Source: an uncultured Planctomycetales bacterium
Lineage (GTDB): Bacteria; Omnitrophota; Gorgyraeia; Zapsychrales; JAHFFX01
NCBI GenBank assembly: GCA_964612665.1
Contig: CAZTCI010000004.1
Coordinates: forward strand, 142,376-206,375
Direction: 5' to 3'
Length of the DNA: 64,000 nt
Shown: positions 46,558 to 56,394 of the stretch, piece by piece
Position numbering within the stretch: position 1 is the first letter of the stretch
How the letters are laid out: each line of letters opens with the position of its first letter
Notes under the pieces: generated by a model
Database searches by the model: none
What the model was told of the DNA's origin: nothing
The model's input: only the letters and a program-made list of their open reading frames with translations
Position numbers and translations under genes: made by a program

Positions 46558-47499
46558 ATGTCAAAAGATATCCGGCAACAATTCGCCGACACAATGCTTG
46601 AAGTGGGACAGGAAGATCCGTTGCTCACTGTTCTCGTCTCAGATATAAGTCATTTTAAATTACAGCCGTTTGCCAAAGCTTGTCCGGGACGATTTTATAA
46701 TATCGGAATTTGTGAACCAGCAATCGTCAGCATGGCCGCGGGATTATCCAAAGCCGGATTGCATCCTGTTGCGCACACAATCACGCCTTTTTTAATTGAA
46801 CGCTGTTTTGAGCAGATTAAGCTGGATTTTTGTTATCAAAACCTAGGAGGAAATTTAATTTCGGTTGGCAGCGCTTTTGATTACGCTGGTTTAGGCTGTA
46901 CACATCATTGTTATAATGACTTCGCGATTTTAAAATGTTTGCCAGGTATTAACCTATTTTACCCGTCGAGTGCGCTTGAATTTGACCGCTTGTTTCGTTT
47001 GAATTATAAAAATGGCCACTTGAATTATTATCGTCTCCCTGCCCAAAGCCATGGTCATGCGTTTGATGCAAAAGAGATTACGCATGGTTCTGGAATAAAG
47101 ATCACGCCAGGAAACGATTTGACAGTTGTCGTCACCGGCCCGCAACTAAAAAATGTGCTGGAAGCCTGTACAGTTCTAAAACGAGAGGGCTGGGATCCGG
47201 AGGTGATTTATATTCATACGATCCATCCTCTGGATGAAAATATGATTTTGGAAAGTGTCCGTAAAACGAGGCATGTGCTAGTTATCGAGGAACATATTTT
47301 TCACGGCGGGCTGGCGCACACGATAAAATCTCTGTTGCAAACGCCCAATGACATTCAACTAACCTACCTCTGTATTCCTCCCGAATTTTTGCGCGGTTAT
47401 GGGACTTATGAAGACCAATGCCGGCGCATTAATTTGACGGCCCAGGGTATCGTCGCAAAAATTAGAAAAGATTTTAAAAGAAGAATGGTTTCGGCATGA
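46558..47499 (+). CDS. transketolase, C-terminal (pyrimidine-binding plus C-terminal) subunit
   Basis: Pyr-domain and TKC-domain sequence. Adjacent to the N-subunit gene. Confidence 0.7.
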   Translation: MSKDIRQQFADTMLEVGQEDPLLTVLVSDISHFKLQPFAKACPGRFYNIGICEPAIVSMAAGLSKAGLHPVAHTITPFLIERCFEQIKLDFCYQNLGGNLISVGSAFDYAGLGCTHHCYNDFAILKCLPGINLFYPSSALEFDRLFRLNYKNGHLNYYRLPAQSHGHAFDAKEITHGSGIKITPGNDLTVVVTGPQLKNVLEACTVLKREGWDPEVIYIHTIHPLDENMILESVRKTRHVLVIEEHIFHGGLAHTIKSLLQTPNDIQLTYLCIPPEFLRGYGTYEDQCRRINLTAQGIVAKIRKDFKRRMVSA

Positions 47500-50369
47500 A
47501 GGAATTACGCGCCTACCTGACAAATCAAGAATGGCGAACGTGTGGCTTTGTGTTATTAAGTTGTCTTGTGTCATTTTTGATTATGTGTTTAATGCTTCCC
47601 GAGGTTTATGTTTTTTGTCGGTATAGTTTCATTCGGTTCAGTGATACAGGTTTGAATTATCAAGGCGTTTTTGCATTGTTGACCAACTTTTATCACGGCG
47701 GAATCGAGTTATGGAACAGTTATGATCAGATGCCTTACGCTTTTCAGCATTTGGTCGCCGGCATTTATAATTTTATGAACATTGCGGTGGCGGCCGCTTA
47801 TATTTTATTCCATCGGTTTTTTGAATCGCCGGCGGTTGCTTTTCATGTCATTTACACATTGGCCTATCATCTCTCCGCATTTTTCTTAAGGGCCTTCGGC
47901 GCTTACCTGTTGGCCACGCATTTTACGTCGAGAAAATCGATCCTCTTTACCGGTTGTATATTAATTAATACGATTTTGATTCCGCATTTTCATTTAGGTT
48001 TAAATACAAACGCGTTGTTCAGTTTTTTCCCATTGATGACACATTTTATGCTGAGGTTCTTTGAAAAATTTGAACTGAACGATCTTTTACTTGCCATAAC
48101 AACGTACACGCTGGCTGCAGCGACGACGCCTTTGGTATCAGTCAGTTATTTTTATCTCGGAAATCATTTTGTTCTATTAATGTGCATGAGCTGGGCGTTG
48201 GTTAAAAACTGGAATCAAATTTTGAAAGCTTTACAGAAACCCAAAGTCCCGCTGAAATGGCTCAGAAACCGTTTCAATGGACGGGTTGTATTAAAAATCG
48301 CGCTGGTTCTGTTCCTGTGTTTAGTGATTATCTTGCCAAGCGCTTACATGCTTAAAACAAATTATAAGGACTACGAATGCGATCAAGCACACAGCCGCTT
48401 CAACAATATGCTGAGTATCAAAGCTTATTTCGAACGCAGTCTTTATTTTGCGCCTAAGGAAGAATTTTTGTGGCGATTGGTTGATTATACGCGCAACAAT
48501 TGGACTTTTTCTTGGGTTTACGTCGGGTATTTGATGGTGTTTCTTTTGGGAGCGGGATTAATTTTAAGCGCGGACAGCCGCAAATATATTTTCTTTGGGT
48601 CGATTTTTTCCTTTTGGTTAATCAACAGCCCGAGGATGTCCCATAGCTGGACGGATATTGGACATTGGATTAACGCGCTCACCAATCCTTTTAAATTTGC
48701 GGCCAATACCTTTCATATGGCCGGGGCGCTGCAGATGTGTTTTGTCATGTACCCTTTGTTGATCATCGGCCTTGAGGCTTTTTATAATTTGGTTCAAAAA
48801 AACTACACGGCAGATTATAGGCGCCGGGTTCATTTGTTAATTATTTTTTTGGCTGTTTTTTGTTTGTGGATCTGGAACGATGTCGATTTAGAAATCAAAA
48901 CTTATGTGTTCCGGGCGACATTGGGATTTGCGTTGCTTTTATTATTTTTAAAGGTTGAGAAATATTCTGTCCGACGGAGGGCGCTGGCGGCGCTGTTTGT
49001 TGTCGGGTTGGTCTTTGTGGGCGATTGGCATGGGATGCGGGTTTATTTAAAAGATACAATGAACCAAGTTTTTATGAAGACACATCGTATCCGTAATTTA
49101 GAGAAAGCAGGCTATGTGGATTTGGATTACCGGAACCCGGAAGTTTTTCCGCGGCGTCTTTATTTTTCGAATTCGTTCATCGGACAGGTGGATAATTTTT
49201 TGCAAGCGGATGCGATCGGAATGCAGGGGATCTATTATGAATACACAGATTTTTACAAATATTTTATGCCGGTCAACAATTACAAACCCCGGCACAAAGC
49301 TTACGCACATTGGCCAGGTAATAGTAAGTCGAATGTTTATTATCCTTTTGAATTGTGGCCGGGCGATAAAGATATGCTTAATTACGTGGCCCGGGACACG
49401 CGGCTGATTTTTGAGGCGCGGTCGGGCGTGCCTTTTCATGAAAATCTGTTTCATGACATTCTAAATCACCGGTGGGACCGTCAAGTCATCATGGTTCACG
49501 ATGTTCTTCCCGGCGAGATTCCGGCGGAAGTTTTTAAAAATAATTTGCCGGAGAAAGTTGACCCGCCCATTGCGGATGATTTTAAATGGCATATTGCCAA
49601 CATCGCATTGAACTCAGCGCAGAAATCGGAAGAACATTATGACGCTGTTGAATACACGTTTCCTTTGCCAAAAAGTTTTCCAGACCATTTAACCAGCACA
49701 ATTTTTACTAATGACCGGGGATTGCTCAGGGTTTTTGTATTTCAAAAAGATCAGAAAGATCAGCAGATTGAGTTAACGATTGCGCAAGGAAGGCTCGTGG
49801 CGCCTTTTACCTTTGATGTACGTAACATGTATCCAGATAAGTTGAGCGTTATGCTTCCGCGCGATTTTCAACCATCGGATGGATTGGTGCATTTTCTTTT
49901 CTGGTCGGGAGCGAAGGCAGGTTTGGATGAAATCTGGCGTAATGAAAATGACAACTTTGGTTTTAATTATATAGCTTCGGAAAACGGGTGGTTGGTTTTG
50001 CATTATCCGTATGATGATAAATGGAAAATCACGATGGACGACAAACCCGTCAAATTCTACCGCGTTAATAAAAGTTTTATGGGCTTTCCAATAACTCAGG
50101 GAGAACACCGCATTTTATTGCGATATTGGCCCAACACGATTTTGCGGCCTTTGATTTTTGTCTCAATTGTTTTTTATTTGTTGGCGCTGCCAGCAGTTAT
50201 CGGTATTGGGATGCGTCGAGAAAGAAGGATAGAAGTTATGGTGAGGGAAGGGCGGCCTTCGGAAATTTACGATCCGGGGCCGCCCAACTCGTCGCCATTT
50301 AAGCCCATCATGACAAACCTAAAAGCACCTGAAGGAGATTTCTCATGGTCCAGCCGCAAGTTGATTTAG
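47496..50369 (+). CDS. YfhO-like GT-C membrane glycosyltransferase (957 aa), paralog 1
   Basis: About 500-aa polytopic N-domain (YHGGIELWNSYDQMP) and a soluble C-domain ending in the YfhO-type motif LHYPYDDKWKITMDDKPVKFYRVNKSFMGFPI..GEHRILLRYWP. 40-50% identical to 53671..56394. Confidence 0.55.
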   Translation: MKELRAYLTNQEWRTCGFVLLSCLVSFLIMCLMLPEVYVFCRYSFIRFSDTGLNYQGVFALLTNFYHGGIELWNSYDQMPYAFQHLVAGIYNFMNIAVAAAYILFHRFFESPAVAFHVIYTLAYHLSAFFLRAFGAYLLATHFTSRKSILFTGCILINTILIPHFHLGLNTNALFSFFPLMTHFMLRFFEKFELNDLLLAITTYTLAAATTPLVSVSYFYLGNHFVLLMCMSWALVKNWNQILKALQKPKVPLKWLRNRFNGRVVLKIALVLFLCLVIILPSAYMLKTNYKDYECDQAHSRFNNMLSIKAYFERSLYFAPKEEFLWRLVDYTRNNWTFSWVYVGYLMVFLLGAGLILSADSRKYIFFGSIFSFWLINSPRMSHSWTDIGHWINALTNPFKFAANTFHMAGALQMCFVMYPLLIIGLEAFYNLVQKNYTADYRRRVHLLIIFLAVFCLWIWNDVDLEIKTYVFRATLGFALLLLFLKVEKYSVRRRALAALFVVGLVFVGDWHGMRVYLKDTMNQVFMKTHRIRNLEKAGYVDLDYRNPEVFPRRLYFSNSFIGQVDNFLQADAIGMQGIYYEYTDFYKYFMPVNNYKPRHKAYAHWPGNSKSNVYYPFELWPGDKDMLNYVARDTRLIFEARSGVPFHENLFHDILNHRWDRQVIMVHDVLPGEIPAEVFKNNLPEKVDPPIADDFKWHIANIALNSAQKSEEHYDAVEYTFPLPKSFPDHLTSTIFTNDRGLLRVFVFQKDQKDQQIELTIAQGRLVAPFTFDVRNMYPDKLSVMLPRDFQPSDGLVHFLFWSGAKAGLDEIWRNENDNFGFNYIASENGWLVLHYPYDDKWKITMDDKPVKFYRVNKSFMGFPITQGEHRILLRYWPNTILRPLIFVSIVFYLLALPAVIGIGMRRERRIEVMVREGRPSEIYDPGPPNSSPFKPIMTNLKAPEGDFSWSSRKLI

Positions 50370-51097
50370 ATCACGACGTTTTAGAAAAATACAAAAAAGA
50401 CGGTTTTGCTATTATCAAACTTTATAACGACAATGAAGTGGCTGTACTTGAAAAGTTTACTTCACAGTGGCTCTACCGTCTTCTGGCGCCTTGGGTCAAA
50501 GGCCGCGAAGCCGAATTCCCTTTAGACAAATATCACGTTTGGTCAAAAACACTCCAAGTGGACCATGGCCAGCTTTTCCGTGCGCAAAATCGTTATATGT
50601 CTCCCGAACTGATAATTGAAAAAACGGTTTTGAATTCTAAGGTCGATGAATTTATGCGTTTGATCGGCTGGCCCGATTATAAAGTGCGTGATGAAGGGTT
50701 AGGCTGGATAGGTTTTCGTTTTATCCGTCCAGGTGTTAATGATGGTTATCCTTTTTCGCGCAAAGCCTGGGGCTACGCCAAAAATTGTGTGTCCTGCTGG
50801 ATCCCAATCATTGGCCATAACCCCAGCGAAACCTTGCGTCTTATACCGGGTTCGCACTTAAAGGAATACGAAAGTTTCTTACCGACGGACCAAAAATTCA
50901 CGCGCGGCGAATACCGCCTGGCCCAAAAACCAGAAGACCATGAAATCTACAGCCCGGCCTTAAAAAAAGGCGAGGCCATATTTTATGATCATATGACATT
51001 GCACAGCGAAGATGTCATTAAAAGTTCTGTAACTCGACTCAGTCTAGAATTTCGGGTCGTTCAAACCTCCCCAACCCCGGAGGTTGGGGAGGTTTAA
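50345..51097 (+). CDS. phytanoyl-CoA dioxygenase (PhyH)-family Fe(II)/2-oxoglutarate oxygenase
   Basis: WIPIIGHNPSETLRLIPGSHLKEY with downstream His (FYDHMTLHSE) fits the PhyH facial triad. The last approximately 10 residues are encoded by repeat E2. Confidence 0.55.
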   Translation: MVQPQVDLDHDVLEKYKKDGFAIIKLYNDNEVAVLEKFTSQWLYRLLAPWVKGREAEFPLDKYHVWSKTLQVDHGQLFRAQNRYMSPELIIEKTVLNSKVDEFMRLIGWPDYKVRDEGLGWIGFRFIRPGVNDGYPFSRKAWGYAKNCVSCWIPIIGHNPSETLRLIPGSHLKEYESFLPTDQKFTRGEYRLAQKPEDHEIYSPALKKGEAIFYDHMTLHSEDVIKSSVTRLSLEFRVVQTSPTPEVGEV

Positions 51098-51127
51098 CCA
51101 TCCCAACCTCCGGGGTTGGGGAGGTCA
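51064..51127. repeat. family E palindromic repeat, copy E2 (two tandem hairpins)
   Basis: aacctccccaacc-ccgg-aggttggggaggtt followed by cccaacc-tccgg-ggttgggg. Confidence 0.65.
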
Positions 51128-51130
51128 GCC

Positions 51131-52135
51131 ATGCATTACAGGTTATTAGGGAAGTCATCCTTAAAAAGTTCGGTCGTCGGCATTGGCGCTTTGCATTTCG
51201 GTGTCTTTGTTAATGCTCTGGGCGTTGAACAAATTATCCACCGGGCGATTGATTTAGGAATTAATTTAATCGACTCGGCGCCTCAATACGGCCAAGGACA
51301 GGCGGAAAATTTTATTAATAAAGCGATCTGCGGCCGTCGGAGTAAAGTTTTTCTAACCAGCAAGGTTGGATTAAGACCCATTAAAGACGCCCAAGGCCGT
51401 TTTGGTGTTGAAACGGTTCCGTTAACCGCTCAAATCATCCGTCAAACAATCGAAAATAGTTTGCGTGCTTTAGGAACGGATTACATTGATCTTTTTCAAA
51501 TTCACGCGTTTGATGAGGAGACATCGTTTGAAGAAACGTTAAAGACGCTCGATGATCTTGTAAAAGAAGGAAAGGCCCGCACCGTCGGGTGCTGCAATTT
51601 GGAACATTCTGAACTTTTAGCGGCCTTTCAAGTGAACCGTTCGCACGGATGGCCAGGATTTGTTTCCTGTCAGATGCATTACAACTTGATCGAACGGCGC
51701 GCCGAAGACCAGATTATTCCTGTCTGCCAAGAATTAGAAATAACACCGATCGCCTACCGGGCATTGTGCCGCGGCATTTTGACCGGACAATATAAAGTTA
51801 ACGAACCTGTTCCGCAAGAAAGCCGCGCCGCGACGAGTTATCGTGTGGCGCGCTGGCTTGAACCGCAAACATTATCAGTCATCGAAGCTTTAGAAAATTT
51901 TGCCGCCGCCCGCGGGTACTCGATGGTGCAGTTATCTTTGGCCTGGTTATTATCACGGATCCCGAAAGCCATGGCTGTTGTCGGCGTGCGCAATCTTGAG
52001 CAACTCGAATCCTGCGTCAAAGCAACACAGTGGTTGTTAGACGACCAGGACCTAAAAGAAGTTGATGCGATCATTGACGAATTTGGCCTGACCGCTCAAG
52101 TGCGTCAAAGGCCTGAGACATTTCTGGAAAAATGA
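51131..52135 (+). CDS. aldo/keto reductase
   Basis: AKR fold motifs (IDLFQIHAFD..., active-site region). Start set at MHYRLLGKSSLKSS. Confidence 0.75.
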   Translation: MHYRLLGKSSLKSSVVGIGALHFGVFVNALGVEQIIHRAIDLGINLIDSAPQYGQGQAENFINKAICGRRSKVFLTSKVGLRPIKDAQGRFGVETVPLTAQIIRQTIENSLRALGTDYIDLFQIHAFDEETSFEETLKTLDDLVKEGKARTVGCCNLEHSELLAAFQVNRSHGWPGFVSCQMHYNLIERRAEDQIIPVCQELEITPIAYRALCRGILTGQYKVNEPVPQESRAATSYRVARWLEPQTLSVIEALENFAAARGYSMVQLSLAWLLSRIPKAMAVVGVRNLEQLESCVKATQWLLDDQDLKEVDAIIDEFGLTAQVRQRPETFLEK

Positions 52136-52953
52136 ATTCTTATCCTGAATTAAAGGGGAAAGTTGTTGTGATAACCGGCGCTGCGCACGGGATTGGCAAA
52201 GCGTTGGCCATTGCTTTCGCCGAGGCGCACGCGAAGGTCGTGATTGTTGACATTGACCGTCGGGCAGGCGAGGCGTTGTCACAGAAATTGCAAAGAAGCG
52301 GTTTCGAATCGCTTTTCATTTATACGGATTTGAGAAAAGAAGAGCAGATCAAAAAGGCCGTTCAGTTAACTAAAAAGCATTTTAAAAGAATCGATGTCAT
52401 CATTAACAACGCCCGGCCAAGATTGACTAAATTAACTCTGGGCGCTGGTTTAAAAGAATGGGACGCCGCGATGGATGTTTTATTGAAAGCTCCCGCCATG
52501 CTTGTCCATTATGCTCTTTCAGAATTAATCAAGAATAAAGGCCAGATTATTAATATGACATCGACGAATTCCTTTTCTGTTTCTCAACAGCCGTTAGTCT
52601 ATCATGTGGCCAAAGCCGGGATTGTGCAAATGACACGGTATTTGGCTTATGAATTTGGGCCGCAGGGTTTACGGGTCAACGCCATTTGCCCAGCGCTCGT
52701 CGATGTTCCCGATGAAGCTAAACCCTCTTTGACGGCTGATCGAGAAAATGAAGAAGTCATCAAATCAATCGTTCCGCTGCAAAGAGCCGCCAAAGTTAAA
52801 GAGATCGCTCAAAGTGCGCTTTTTTTATGCAGTGAACAGTCTTCGTATTTGACCGGACAAGTGCTTTTGCTTGACGGCGGATTGATGCTGGGCGAGCCTT
52901 TCCGTCTGGCGCGAAAAACATTTCTTAAAGGTAAACACCCAAATCATGTCTAA
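52132..52953 (+). CDS. SDR-family oxidoreductase
   Basis: VVVITGAAHGIGKALAIAF motif. YHVAKAG YxxxK. Confidence 0.8.
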   Translation: MNSYPELKGKVVVITGAAHGIGKALAIAFAEAHAKVVIVDIDRRAGEALSQKLQRSGFESLFIYTDLRKEEQIKKAVQLTKKHFKRIDVIINNARPRLTKLTLGAGLKEWDAAMDVLLKAPAMLVHYALSELIKNKGQIINMTSTNSFSVSQQPLVYHVAKAGIVQMTRYLAYEFGPQGLRVNAICPALVDVPDEAKPSLTADRENEEVIKSIVPLQRAAKVKEIAQSALFLCSEQSSYLTGQVLLLDGGLMLGEPFRLARKTFLKGKHPNHV

Positions 52954-53680
52954 CGACATCTCTATTATCGTTCTAGCTTTCAACGAAGAAAAGAATATTG
53001 AATCCGCCATCGACAATGTCATCCAAGCGATTAAACCTTGCGTGTCTGATTATGAAATTCTCGTCGTTAACGACGGCAGCCGGGACACCACAGGGACTTT
53101 GACGGAAGCAAAAGCCAAAGAGAATCCCAAAGTAAAAGTCATTCACAATGAAGTCAACCGCGGCTATGGTTACAGTTACCGTCGGGCGCTAGCCTTGGCT
53201 TCCAAAACTTATGCCACAACTTTTTCGGGCGATAACGACATGACGGCGGAATCGTTGCAAAATCTTTTGGCGGCAATGGGAACCGCTGATGTGATTTGTA
53301 ATTATTATGATCCAAAGACAAACCAGAGAGGCCTTTTAAGAAAAATGTTATCCAAGTCGTTTGCGTTTTTTATTAATACACTTTTTGGTTTGCATTTGAA
53401 ATATACAAACGGCTCTTGCCTGTGCCTAGTTGAGACGCTGCGCCAATTAGCCTTAAAGTCCGACGGGCTTGCGATCAATACGGAAATTCTTGTGAAGCTA
53501 TTAAAGTCAGGCTGCAGTTACAAAGAAGTCCCTTTAGATCATATTGGACGCCATTCAGGAAAATCAACAGCATTGACCTTGCGTAGTTTAAAGATGGTAT
53601 TGAGGACGATCAGCATTTTAATCAAAGATGTTTATTTGTCACCGTCCGTTAAACAAGAGAGTGCTGTTTCTTGCCTATGA
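52946..53680 (+). CDS. GT2 polyprenol-phosphate sugar synthase (Dpm1/GtrB/CsbB-like)
   Basis: ISIIVLAFNEEKNIESAID...YEILVVNDGSRD GT2 DxD region. About 240 aa, typical of the Dpm1/GtrB family. Immediately followed by a YfhO-like GT-C gene. Confidence 0.75.
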   Translation: MSNDISIIVLAFNEEKNIESAIDNVIQAIKPCVSDYEILVVNDGSRDTTGTLTEAKAKENPKVKVIHNEVNRGYGYSYRRALALASKTYATTFSGDNDMTAESLQNLLAAMGTADVICNYYDPKTNQRGLLRKMLSKSFAFFINTLFGLHLKYTNGSCLCLVETLRQLALKSDGLAINTEILVKLLKSGCSYKEVPLDHIGRHSGKSTALTLRSLKMVLRTISILIKDVYLSPSVKQESAVSCL

Positions 53681-56394
53681 GTATCAAGAAGCCCGACATA
53701 AATAATTGGCTGGTCATGATCGTCGGTCCTATTATCTGCTCGGCATTTTTGATGCTTTTTATTTTCCCCGACCGGCTTTGGTTCCACCATGTGAGTTTTA
53801 TCCGCAATTTGGATTTGGAATTTTGTTACGAAGGTGTTTTTACGCTTTTGTATAATTTTTATCACGGCGGGATCCAGCTTTGGGATGTTTATGACCAGAT
53901 GCCGCTGGCGTATCATCATTTGGGCGGCGGACTTTATACGTTTACTAATGTCGCCCCGGCGTTTGTTTATGTTGTTCTTTCCCCGCTCTTTCAATCCTCC
54001 GCTGATGCTTTTCAGGTGATTTATTCGGTTGCTTTTGTTTTGTTGCCTTTTTTTTTGAGAACGGCAGGAGCGTTTTTGATCGCGCGGCATTTTAGCCGCA
54101 GTATACCGGTTGTGTTTGCGGTGTGTGTTTTATTTAACACAACTCTTGTGCCTCAATTGCATATGGGATTGTCGGCGGGAGATTGTTACAGTTATTTTCC
54201 ATTGGTTATGTTTTTTATTTTACGGTTCTTTGAAAATTTTAAGCTGAATGATTTTCTTGGCGGGCTTTTGATTTTTGTGATAGCGATTGCTTCTAATCCG
54301 CTTGTAGGGCCGGGATATTTTTATCAAGGGTTACATTTTTTGATTTTATCGTGCGCGGTGTGGGCCTTAATTTTTAACCGGGAAGTTTTTTTCATTTTTG
54401 TTAAGAAAATTCCAACGCACCTTAAGGCCTTAGCGCAGGGAAAAGAAAATAATACTTTGTTTAAGATTGGGCTTGTTGGATTGCTGGCATTTATTATTCT
54501 GGCGCCGTCGCTGCACATGACTCTGTTTAATTGGCATGATTATGAGTTTGATGTCGAACATAGCCGATTTAATAGTGTTTTTAATATAGGCGCTTATTTT
54601 GACCGGCCTGTTTTTTTTGCCAAGCAAAGTGAGTTTTTGAAAAGATGGCTTGATTATAATCATAATGATTGGGGCAACACCTGGCTTTTTTTTGGATATG
54701 TTCCTTTATTCTTGGTTGTGGCTGGCATTTTGATGAGCAGAGATGACCGGAGATTTATTTTTCTATTAACGTTATTTTTTTTCTGGCTGATCAACAGTCC
54801 GCGACATTCATCGGGCTTAAGTGGGCTGGCGCATTGGTTGAACGCTCTGACGAATCCTTTGAAATTCTTGCCGCGGTCGTTTCATATGGTAGGCGCTTTT
54901 ATGAGTTCTTTTATTTTATTACCGCTGACCACGATCGGCCTGCAGTCCGTCGAGGATACGATAAAAGACGCAGTAAATCCGCGCAGCCGTCTTAATATAG
55001 TGTTGACCGCCGGCGTGTTGGGTTTAATTGTGATTATGCTTTTAGGAAAGTTTGAACTGGAGATTAAACAATATCTGCTGCGGGCATTTTTGATTTCGAT
55101 CGTCATTTTATATTTCTTGTGGCAAAAGCCGTGGGGCAGAATTGTTTCGGGAAGTGCGGCTGCTTTTTTGTTAGGCGTTATTTTTTTGATGGATTGTTAT
55201 GGAAGCTATCGATACATTAAACAATTTGCCGACGCTGTTGTCATGACGCAGTACCAATTGAAAGGTTTGGAATCTAGCGGTTCGGTTAATTTAGATTACC
55301 GTAATCCCAAAATTTTACCCAGACGTTTTTATTTTACGATCCGGCCGTTAGGCTCGGTGCCGTATTATTTATCTCTGGACCCGGCGGGGATGCAGGGATT
55401 GTATTTTCAGTTCACGGATTTTCTAAAATATTTTCTGCCCATTGATAATTATAAACCCAGGCACATCGCTTACGCGAAATGGCCTGGGACCAGTCGAAAA
55501 AATACCGCCTATACATACGATCAATGGCCCGTTGACCAAGATATGTTGAATTATTTATTGAAGGACCAGAACCTTTTATTCTTCGCCGAAACTGCGGTCA
55601 GTCCTCGCAAAGACATTTATCGTGAGATTCTGGATCATCATATGGAAAGACAGGTCGCTGTTATTGAACCCCTAGCAAGCGATTCCGACGCCGTCATATC
55701 AGATCATCTTCCCGAAAATGTAGAGCCGCCCAAGCCCAAGAATATAATTATGAAATGGCAGCAGATCCCTTTAGCCGGAGCTGCCAGCACAAAGGAAGAT
55801 TATAATTTTATAGAATATATTTTTCCTTTACCTAAAGATTTTCCCAATTATTTGGCTAGCACTGTATTCTCCGACGACCGGATCTTGACCCGCGTTTTAT
55901 TAGGCCCGAAAAGATCTATTGAATTAACGCCAGCTCAAGGCAAATTAATCCGGCCTTTTACTTTTGATGTGCAGAACATGCAGAAGGGAAAGTTTTCGAT
56001 CTTGCTTCCGAAGGGTTTTGCTGCCGATACAGAACCGGTGACACTTGTGTATATGGTGGACAATACTGGCGGGATTGGGAAAGTCTGGAAAAATGAGCCG
56101 GACAATTTCGGTTTTGATTATACAGCTTCTAAAAATGGTTGGCTTGTTATTCATTATCCTTATGATTCCAAATGGCGGATGACAGTGGATGACCGGCCGG
56201 TCCAGATATATCGTGCTAATAAAAGTTTTATGGGTGTTCCTTTAGAACGAGGGAAACACCGAATCTTATTACGCTATTGGCCGTCGACGATTTTAAGGCC
56301 TTTGATTGTTTTTTCTTTTGGGACCATGATTTTAACTTTGCTGGGTGTTATTGCGATAGGTATCCATGAGGAAAATTTGTATGCCCGAAATTGA
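53671..56394 (+). CDS. YfhO-like GT-C membrane glycosyltransferase (907 aa), paralog 2
   Basis: Same architecture as 47496..50369 (YHGGIQLWDVYDQMP...; C-terminal IHYPYDSKWRMTVDDRPVQIYRANKSFMGVPL..GKHRILLRYWP). Confidence 0.55.
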   Translation: MPMSIKKPDINNWLVMIVGPIICSAFLMLFIFPDRLWFHHVSFIRNLDLEFCYEGVFTLLYNFYHGGIQLWDVYDQMPLAYHHLGGGLYTFTNVAPAFVYVVLSPLFQSSADAFQVIYSVAFVLLPFFLRTAGAFLIARHFSRSIPVVFAVCVLFNTTLVPQLHMGLSAGDCYSYFPLVMFFILRFFENFKLNDFLGGLLIFVIAIASNPLVGPGYFYQGLHFLILSCAVWALIFNREVFFIFVKKIPTHLKALAQGKENNTLFKIGLVGLLAFIILAPSLHMTLFNWHDYEFDVEHSRFNSVFNIGAYFDRPVFFAKQSEFLKRWLDYNHNDWGNTWLFFGYVPLFLVVAGILMSRDDRRFIFLLTLFFFWLINSPRHSSGLSGLAHWLNALTNPLKFLPRSFHMVGAFMSSFILLPLTTIGLQSVEDTIKDAVNPRSRLNIVLTAGVLGLIVIMLLGKFELEIKQYLLRAFLISIVILYFLWQKPWGRIVSGSAAAFLLGVIFLMDCYGSYRYIKQFADAVVMTQYQLKGLESSGSVNLDYRNPKILPRRFYFTIRPLGSVPYYLSLDPAGMQGLYFQFTDFLKYFLPIDNYKPRHIAYAKWPGTSRKNTAYTYDQWPVDQDMLNYLLKDQNLLFFAETAVSPRKDIYREILDHHMERQVAVIEPLASDSDAVISDHLPENVEPPKPKNIIMKWQQIPLAGAASTKEDYNFIEYIFPLPKDFPNYLASTVFSDDRILTRVLLGPKRSIELTPAQGKLIRPFTFDVQNMQKGKFSILLPKGFAADTEPVTLVYMVDNTGGIGKVWKNEPDNFGFDYTASKNGWLVIHYPYDSKWRMTVDDRPVQIYRANKSFMGVPLERGKHRILLRYWPSTILRPLIVFSFGTMILTLLGVIAIGIHEENLYARN

